From contig JACKBY010000013.1 of assembly GCA_020634335.1 (NCBI GenBank), positions 16,823 through 80,822 on the forward strand: a stretch of 64,000 bases of DNA, given 5' to 3'. Numbering within the stretch: position 1 is the stretch's first letter; every line of letters starts with the position of its first letter. This DNA is from Promineifilum sp. GTDB lineage: Bacteria; Chloroflexota; Anaerolineae; Promineifilales; Promineifilaceae. Position numbers and translations under genes: made by a program. Shown in pieces: positions 57,566 to 64,000 of this stretch. The notes beneath the pieces are model-generated. The model was not told the DNA's origin. It did not search any database and saw nothing but the letters and a program-made list of their open reading frames with translations.

Positions 57566-57578
57566 GGAGGAGGACACC

Positions 57579-58895
57579 ATTACGTCAAATAATAAAGGAT
57601 ATGATACCGCGCCCCCACGCGAACAAGCGTTTCTCGTGGGGGTGGAACTACGAGACGACCCTGCTCTGTTGCCGGTGGAAGACAGTCTCGACGAGCTAAC
57701 CCGGTTGGCCGATACGGCCGGTATTGATGTCGTTGGTCAAGCGATTCAGCGCATTGACAAGCCCAACAGCGCCACCTATATTGGCTCCGGCAAGGTCGAG
57801 GAAGTCAAACTGCTCGTTGACGAGCTTCAGGCCGACGTGGTCATCTTCGATGACGAGCTTTCGCCGCGCCACCAACGCGAGCTGGAAGAGGCGTTTGGTG
57901 AAGAGGTGAAGGTTGTCGACCGCACGGCCCTCATCCTCGACATCTTCGGGCAACACGCCCAAACGCGCGAAGGACAGCTTCAGGTGGAGCTGGCGCAATT
58001 GGAATATCGATTACCCCGCCTGACGCGCATGTGGACGCATCTGGCCCGGCAGGCCGGCGGCCGCGCGGGCGGAGCCACCGGCGGCGTCGGCTTGCGCGGC
58101 CCCGGGGAAACTCAGTTGGAGACCGACCGCCGTGAGATCAACCGGCGCATCGCACAGATCAAGGACGAACTCGACGCCGTGCGCGCCCACCGTGAGCGGC
58201 ATCGCGCCAAGCGCCAGCAAACGGAACTTCAGGTCGTCGCTATTGTCGGCTACACTAACGCCGGCAAGTCGACGCTCCTTAACAAGTTGAGTGGGGCCGA
58301 CGTGCTGACGGCCGACATGCTATTTGCTACGCTGGACCCGACCACGCGCAAGGTCAATATGCCCGGCGGCCGTGAAGTTTTGTTCACCGACACGGTCGGC
58401 TTTATTCAGAAGTTGCCGACACAGATCGTCGCTGCTTTCCGCGCCACACTGGAAGAAATCGGCGATGCTGACATTCTCTTGCACGTTGTTGACGTCACGC
58501 ATCCCAACGCGGCCGAACAAATCGAAGCCGTCGAGGATACGCTGGCCGAGCTGGAAGTCGATCACCTGCCCCTGGTCATCGCTCTCAATAAGGCCGATCA
58601 ACTGATCGACCGCGAGGCGACCGTTCGCGATCTTGACTTGTCGGCCTCGGCGGCGCTGGTATCGGCCAAAACCGGCCAGGGGATTGATGAATTGTTGATC
58701 CTGATCGAGGCGGCGATGGTGCAACTCTTGCAGCCCATCGAGATCTTGTTGCCCTATGAGCGCGGCGATTTGCTGTCGCTCTTCTATGAGCGAGGCCAGG
58801 TGGACGAGGAAAAGCATACTGGTGATGGCGTCCACTTGTTTGGCCGTGTTCCCAAGCGTCTTATCCCTGTGTTTGAGGCTTATCGACCTGCATGA
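57579..58895 (+). CDS. hflX: ribosome-splitting GTPase HflX (probable ATT start; first canonical start GTG 57636)
   Basis: ELTRLADTAG, GPGETQLETDRR, GYTNAGKSTLLN, DTVGF, NKAD. Confidence 0.96.
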   Translation: MTSNNKGYDTAPPREQAFLVGVELRDDPALLPVEDSLDELTRLADTAGIDVVGQAIQRIDKPNSATYIGSGKVEEVKLLVDELQADVVIFDDELSPRHQRELEEAFGEEVKVVDRTALILDIFGQHAQTREGQLQVELAQLEYRLPRLTRMWTHLARQAGGRAGGATGGVGLRGPGETQLETDRREINRRIAQIKDELDAVRAHRERHRAKRQQTELQVVAIVGYTNAGKSTLLNKLSGADVLTADMLFATLDPTTRKVNMPGGREVLFTDTVGFIQKLPTQIVAAFRATLEEIGDADILLHVVDVTHPNAAEQIEAVEDTLAELEVDHLPLVIALNKADQLIDREATVRDLDLSASAALVSAKTGQGIDELLILIEAAMVQLLQPIEILLPYERGDLLSLFYERGQVDEEKHTGDGVHLFGRVPKRLIPVFEAYRPA

Positions 58896-60064
58896 GATCC
58901 ATCAACGACCTTTTCCAACGGCCGGCTGTCAGAGCAGCCTTGGCCGCATTCCACGAGCGCCGGGAGACCATCCTGTCGCAAATCATCGCCATCCAGCAAA
59001 TTCCCGCGCCGACTTTCGAGGAGGCGCGCCGAGCCGCTTTCATCGAAGAGCGATTTCAGGCGCTGGGACTGGCTGACGTAAGCCGCGACGCGCTGAACAA
59101 CGTCTACGGCAAGCTGGCCGGCGCTTCGCCCGGCCGGCCGCCGGTCGTCATATCCGCGCACCTGGACACTGTTTTTCCAATAGAGACAAACCTGGCCGTC
59201 CGTCATGACGGGCGGGTCGTCTATGGGCCGGGATTGGGCGACAACTCGACCGGTGTCGGCGGGTTGTTGCAGGTGGCCGAGATGATTCGGGAGCGCGTTT
59301 TGCCCCACGAGAGCGACATCTACTTCGTCGCCAACGTTGGCGAAGAAGGGTTGGGCGATCTGTGCGGTATGCGCGCCGTTGTCGACAAGTTTGGCGGCGA
59401 GGCGACCTACATCGTCGTAGAGGGCGGCCTTTTCGGCAAGTTGATCCATCAGGCGGTGGGTGTGCGCCGCTACCATATCGAAGTGACGGCTCCCGGCGGC
59501 CACTCCTGGGGCGGTTTCGGTGCGGCCAGCGCCATCCACGTACTGGGACACTTGATCGTCGATATCGACGGTTTGAGTGTACCCACTATCCCGAAAACGA
59601 CTTACAACGTCGGCATCATCCAGGGTGGGACATCGATCAACACCATCGCCAACTCGGCTCACCTGTGGCTCGATCTGCGCTCGGAAGGGCCGGCGGCGCT
59701 GGAGCAATTGGTTAAATCCACCGAGGAAATCCTGCGCCTCAGAAGCCGGAAGTATGTTTTGGAGGGCCACGGAGTCGAAATTAAAATGGAGCAGGTCGGC
59801 AATCGCCCGGCCGGCGGCATCGACCGACAGTCGCCCGTTGTGGCCCTGGCCGACGCGGCCCTGCGCGCCGTGGGCCGCGAAGATGTAGACTACATCGTCA
59901 GCAGCACTGACGCTAACGTGCCCCTCAGCCGGGGCTATCAGGCGGTGTGCCTGGGTCTGACCCACTCCGGCAACTCCCACCGGCCCGACGAATTCATCGA
60001 CACGACGCATCTGCCGGCGGGCTTGGGCCAATTGATGTTGGTGGCGTTGGCAGCCGCGGGTTAA
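58892..60064 (+). CDS. M20/M25/M40 family metallo-hydrolase
   Basis: SAHLDTVF, GPGLGDNSTG, GEEGLGDL, GGHSWG, STDAN. Confidence 0.9.
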   Translation: MRSINDLFQRPAVRAALAAFHERRETILSQIIAIQQIPAPTFEEARRAAFIEERFQALGLADVSRDALNNVYGKLAGASPGRPPVVISAHLDTVFPIETNLAVRHDGRVVYGPGLGDNSTGVGGLLQVAEMIRERVLPHESDIYFVANVGEEGLGDLCGMRAVVDKFGGEATYIVVEGGLFGKLIHQAVGVRRYHIEVTAPGGHSWGGFGAASAIHVLGHLIVDIDGLSVPTIPKTTYNVGIIQGGTSINTIANSAHLWLDLRSEGPAALEQLVKSTEEILRLRSRKYVLEGHGVEIKMEQVGNRPAGGIDRQSPVVALADAALRAVGREDVDYIVSSTDANVPLSRGYQAVCLGLTHSGNSHRPDEFIDTTHLPAGLGQLMLVALAAAG

Positions 60065-60155
60065 ATGACGATGATGGGGGCTTAGAAGGGGGAGGAAACG
60101 GATACCGGCCGTCACACACGATCCAATCCTGTTATCGACGATAAGAGAAATATTC

Positions 60156-61298
60156 ATGGAATTTGAACTGTCTGATGAACAACGCGCCTTGAAGGAAGTC
60201 GTCCACGATTTTGTGGCTCGCGAAGTGCGCCCGCGCGCCCGTCATACGGATGAGGCGAGCGAATTCAACTGGCCGGCCGTGCGCCTGATGGGCCCGCTGG
60301 GTCTCTTGGGGCTGGAAGTGCCGGAAGAATATGGCGGCTCGGCGCTGGACGCGATTAGTGTCGCCCTTGTCATCGAGGAGTTGGGGTGGGGGTGTGGTTC
60401 CACGGCGCTGGCGATTGCCGCGCACAACGGGCTGGGCCTTGGCCCGCTCGTGGCCTACGGCAGCGAGGAGCAAAAACAGCAGTGGTTGCCGCATCTGACC
60501 AGCGGCCAGGGCAAACTGGCCTGCCTCAGCCTCACTGAGCCGGGGGCAGGATCGGACCTGAAGGACGGTGTGCGGACGCGGGCCGTGCCGGAGGGCGACT
60601 CATGGATCATCGATGGAGCCAAGATGTGGATGACCAACGCCTCCATCTCCGACCTGATGGTCGTCCTCTGCCGGACGGGCGGCCAAGGCAGCCATGCCCT
60701 CAGCCACATCCTGGTGCCATCTGATACGCCTGGCATTGTCATTGGCCCACCGGAAAAGAAGATGGGGCTGCACGGTTCGCCTACCCACGCCGTCACCTTC
60801 GACGAGGTTCGCGTCCCGCGCGAAAATTTGCTGGGTGTCGAGGGGCGAGGACTCCAGCAGACGATGAGCACGCTGGACAGCGGCCGTATCGGCATCGGGG
60901 CGTTGGCCCTGGGGCTGGCACAAGCCGCCTATGAAGAGGCGCTGAAGTATTCCAAACAGCGAGAGGCCTTTGGGCAGCCCATCGCCAACTTCCAGGCCAT
61001 CCAGTGGATGCTGGCCGACGCGGCCACGGAGATCGAGGCCGCGCGCCTGATGGTCCACAAAGCGGCCTGGCTGAAGGGGCAAAAGCGGCCGTATACGCAG
61101 ATGGCCTCGATGGCCAAGCTGTTTGCCACAGAGGTCAGCGAGCGAGTGTGCCGCAATGCCATCCAGATCCACGGGGGGTATGGTTACAGCTCGGAGTTCG
61201 AAGTCGAGCGTATGTATCGCGATACGCGGTTGATGACCATCGGCGAAGGGACGAGCGAGATTCAACGACTCGTTATCGCCCGGCACATCCTCCAATAA
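60156..61298 (+). CDS. acyl-CoA dehydrogenase
   Basis: LTEPGAGSD, GAKMWMTN, REAFGQPI, QIHGGYGY, IGEGTSEIQR. Confidence 0.95.
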   Translation: MEFELSDEQRALKEVVHDFVAREVRPRARHTDEASEFNWPAVRLMGPLGLLGLEVPEEYGGSALDAISVALVIEELGWGCGSTALAIAAHNGLGLGPLVAYGSEEQKQQWLPHLTSGQGKLACLSLTEPGAGSDLKDGVRTRAVPEGDSWIIDGAKMWMTNASISDLMVVLCRTGGQGSHALSHILVPSDTPGIVIGPPEKKMGLHGSPTHAVTFDEVRVPRENLLGVEGRGLQQTMSTLDSGRIGIGALALGLAQAAYEEALKYSKQREAFGQPIANFQAIQWMLADAATEIEAARLMVHKAAWLKGQKRPYTQMASMAKLFATEVSERVCRNAIQIHGGYGYSSEFEVERMYRDTRLMTIGEGTSEIQRLVIARHILQ

Positions 61299-61377
61299 GG
61301 GAGCGGACACGGCTACAGGCCGGATACCGTTTGGTCTGTTGTCGTGCTTTAGTGGATAAGTCCTGCTCGCCCACCGA

Positions 61378-62751
61378 CTAGGGCATCGTGCGCGGCCGGG
61401 GGAACGGCGTTGGCATCGTCAGCGGATCAACGCCTAATAGCGTCGGCGGGTTGGGGCGGAATAGCTCGGCGTCGATGCGGCCGGTTCCCGGATCGATGAT
61501 GAAGTAATGGCTGCGGGCGTAATCGCGCATCGGCAAAATCAACTGTTGCGCTTTTTGGGCGATGCCGCCGAATTGGCCCCCCAGATACCAGACGGCCGCA
61601 CCTTTCACCTGCGGATAGGCCGCGTAGAGCCACGAGGCCCAGGCCATGTCCTCCACAGCCGGGATCGGCTGGGGCACGCTGTTATATTCCCAGCCCCACT
61701 CGGTGATCAGAATCGTCGGCCGAGGAATGCCGTGCCGGTCGCAGATGTCGAAAAGCGACTGGAATCGACCGACCAGGTAGGGGTAGATCGCGCCGATATG
61801 ATCGTTGGTCAGGCTGTACTCATGAATGGCAACAGCCACCTCGTCCGGATGCTCGCCGGCGAAGCGCAGGAAGTCGAGCATGGCCGGATGCTCCCAGTCT
61901 TCCGGTTCGGGCACGCCTGTTGACCAACTGAACGCTCCATAGCGATAGCCATCGGCCAGGGCCAGCTTAGCCGTCTCCAGCGAAAATCGTCCCAGGCGCT
62001 CGATCTGTAGCTGGCCGTTGTCACCATAGCGCCCCGGCTCATTGAGCGTCTCCAGCCAGATATATTCCCTCTCCAGTTTGGACGGCACGTTGTCGCGGTT
62101 CAGTTGCCAGCTCACGGCCGCGGCTTCTTCGGGGGACAGCGACAGATTGTAAAAAGGCGCTTCGAATCGCGGATCCGTCAGGCGAAATACCAGCGTGTGG
62201 GGAACGAACCGGCCGGCCGCCTCGTTGGCCTTCATGATATTCTGTGCTTCTAAAATCGGCCCGGCGTCGTCGGTGCTCTTCAGAAAGAACGGAATGCCGG
62301 CCGCGTTGAGGTCGGCCATCCACTGGCCCAATCCGGTGGCGTTCCCACCGGGGCCGGTGTGGAAGCCGATTTTGGTGAAGGCCAGGTCTAACCCTTGTGC
62401 CTGCGCTTTGGCGCGCGCGGCCTCTAAATCAATCGGTGGCAAGGCGACCACGACTGTCGGCGGCGGCAGGGGCGGGCCTACCGTCGGGAGCGGCGTGGGG
62501 CCGGGTGTCGGGTCGAGCGCGCTGCCCAGAATGGGTGCGATAAATGCTGATGGTTCGGCGGCCGCGGCTGGCGGCGTGGCGGCAAAGGCGAGCCATCCTT
62601 CGGCGCTCGATGCCGACGTTGGTGGCTCCACCGTGGCCGACGATAAGACCGCGCAGCCGGCAATCGCCGATACGAATGCCATGAGTAGCAGGCCGAGGAA
62701 TGGGGATGGCCCCCTGGACTCAATTTGGTATTTCTGGTTGGGAAGCGTCAA
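61378..62751 (-). CDS. exported (probable lipo)protein with Pro-rich linker and glycoside-hydrolase-like TIM barrel
   Basis: AGGAG SD before TTG 62751; IAGC lipobox-like; ETLNEP, IHEY, ITEWGW. Confidence 0.75.
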   Translation of the reverse strand: MTLPNQKYQIESRGPSPFLGLLLMAFVSAIAGCAVLSSATVEPPTSASSAEGWLAFAATPPAAAAEPSAFIAPILGSALDPTPGPTPLPTVGPPLPPPTVVVALPPIDLEAARAKAQAQGLDLAFTKIGFHTGPGGNATGLGQWMADLNAAGIPFFLKSTDDAGPILEAQNIMKANEAAGRFVPHTLVFRLTDPRFEAPFYNLSLSPEEAAAVSWQLNRDNVPSKLEREYIWLETLNEPGRYGDNGQLQIERLGRFSLETAKLALADGYRYGAFSWSTGVPEPEDWEHPAMLDFLRFAGEHPDEVAVAIHEYSLTNDHIGAIYPYLVGRFQSLFDICDRHGIPRPTILITEWGWEYNSVPQPIPAVEDMAWASWLYAAYPQVKGAAVWYLGGQFGGIAQKAQQLILPMRDYARSHYFIIDPGTGRIDAELFRPNPPTLLGVDPLTMPTPFPRPRTMP

Positions 62752-62770
62752 GGTACTTCTCCTGTGCTGT

Positions 62771-64000
62771 TCAGGGTGACGGCTTAAAGATGGCCGGGTC
62801 GACGCGCCCAAAACCGGGGTCGACGCCGAAGTAGTGGCTCAGGCTATAGTTTCTGACCGGATCAATCAACGCGGCCGTCTGATCTTCGATTGTGCCCGGC
62901 GTGTCGCCCAGGTACCAGATGGCCGCGCCCTTGACCTGTGGATAAGCGGCATAGAGGCGGGCCGCCCAGCGAATGTCAATCAGGGCTTGGGCCGGCGACG
63001 GCACGGTGTCGTACGTCCAGCCCCATTCGGTGATCAAAACGGTCGGCCGCATAATGCCGTTGCGGTCGCAGGCGTCGAAGAGAAACTGGAAACGACCGAT
63101 CAGATAGGGGTAAATTGCCCCCACGTCATCGACTTCGTAACTGTATTCGTGCAGGGCGACGGCCAATCGGTCCTGATTTTCCCCGGCCAGCCGCAGGAAT
63201 TTGAGCATCGACGGCGATTCCCAATCGGCTGGTTCCGGCTCGCCCGACGACCAGCCAAAGGCCGCCCAGCGAAAGCCGTCGCGTAGCGTCAATTGCGCCG
63301 TCTCATAGGCAAAATCGGCCAGCCACGCCGCCCGATTCTTGTCGACCTCGTTGACTGTTTCCACCCACACGTATGCGGGGTCCAGCTCCGGCGGGAAAAC
63401 GGCCTTGTGCTGCGCCCAATGGTAGGCGGCCGCGGCCTTGGGATCGGCATTGTAATTGGGCACGTTGTCTACGCCCGACACCCGGCGATAGACCAGCGTG
63501 TGGGGGACGCCGCTCTTTTTCATCAGCTCCTGGGCCATGTAGAGCGGTTGGGCATTATCGGTGCTCTTCAGGAAGAATGGGACGCCGGCCGCGTCCAGTT
63601 CGATCATCATGTCCACCAGATCGGCCCAGCGGCCGCGGTCACCGGCATGAAAGCCGATCTTGTTAAACGTTAGCTTTAACCCTTGCGCTTCCAACTCTAC
63701 TGCTTCGGCTGCGAAATCGATTGGCGGCTGGCCGGAGAACACTAGCGGCGGCGGCAGGGGCGGCGGCAAGGGCACTGTTGCGGCTCGAATCAGGGGGATA
63801 AAGGCGCGTGGGGGAAAGGTCAGGGTATCAGGGCGGGAACCGGGCCAAGAGGCTTGGCCGGCCATTCGCGATTGAGCAGCATTGTCCAAGGCGAAAAGGC
63901 CAGTAGCAGCTATGAGGCTACCCAACGCCAAGGCCGCGGCAGTGAACAAGATGATCGTGAGGACGGGCTTGCCCAGGACGCCGGGCAGTTCCTTGTCGTG
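62771..64000 (-). CDS. paralogous exported glycoside-hydrolase-like protein (frame open to right edge)
   Basis: KIGFH, PFFLKSTD, ETVNEV, LHEY, ITEWGW, AYPQVKGAAIWYLG shared with the downstream paralog. Confidence 0.75.
   Translation of the reverse strand, partial: HDKELPGVLGKPVLTIILFTAAALALGSLIAATGLFALDNAAQSRMAGQASWPGSRPDTLTFPPRAFIPLIRAATVPLPPPLPPPLVFSGQPPIDFAAEAVELEAQGLKLTFNKIGFHAGDRGRWADLVDMMIELDAAGVPFFLKSTDNAQPLYMAQELMKKSGVPHTLVYRRVSGVDNVPNYNADPKAAAAYHWAQHKAVFPPELDPAYVWVETVNEVDKNRAAWLADFAYETAQLTLRDGFRWAAFGWSSGEPEPADWESPSMLKFLRLAGENQDRLAVALHEYSYEVDDVGAIYPYLIGRFQFLFDACDRNGIMRPTVLITEWGWTYDTVPSPAQALIDIRWAARLYAAYPQVKGAAIWYLGDTPGTIEDQTAALIDPVRNYSLSHYFGVDPGFGRVDPAIFKPSP

Noticed and set aside
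58880-60157. 425-aa minus-strand ORF
   Set aside because: Antisense shadow of the M20 hydrolase in high-GC DNA; no recognisable motifs
61352-61360. DnaA-box-like TTATCCACT on the minus strand
   Set aside because: Single imperfect copy between convergent genes

Overview
High-GC bacterial chromosome window. Gene content and protein motifs point to Chloroflexota (Anaerolineae-like); this is an inference. It is mostly housekeeping: murA 3' end; rpmH-rnpA-yidD-(beta-propeller lipoprotein)-yidC-jag; serB/aminotransferase/serA; folD with two nucleotide-sugar SDRs; a heterodimeric ABC exporter; tal-pgi fusion; an ECF sigma/anti-sigma/ABC operon; scpB-rluB-cmk-radical SAM; an FG-GAP adhesin; long RSH; kinase-iscS-mnmA; eno; clpP; sixA; a YprB-like nuclease; trpB; trmFO-DUF4139-hflX-M20-acyl-CoA dehydrogenase; and two tandem glycoside-hydrolase-like genes. 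I saw no rRNA, tRNA, CRISPR array or transposase. The best candidate for an undescribed system is a two-gene STAND-ATPase pair at 45337-51668: a single-pass membrane receptor (extracellular beta-propellers, cytoplasmic STAND) plus a soluble STAND fused to an OmpR-type winged-helix domain, suggesting kinase-free transmembrane signalling. Other notable items: a probably dead transaldolase domain (Schiff-base Lys to Glu), a RelA-like synthetase-only RSH, a terminator-containing leader before rpmH, an AUU start for hflX, an internal start in the anti-sigma gene, and three GTAG-family REP doublets. All calls come from reading motifs by eye; no searches were run.
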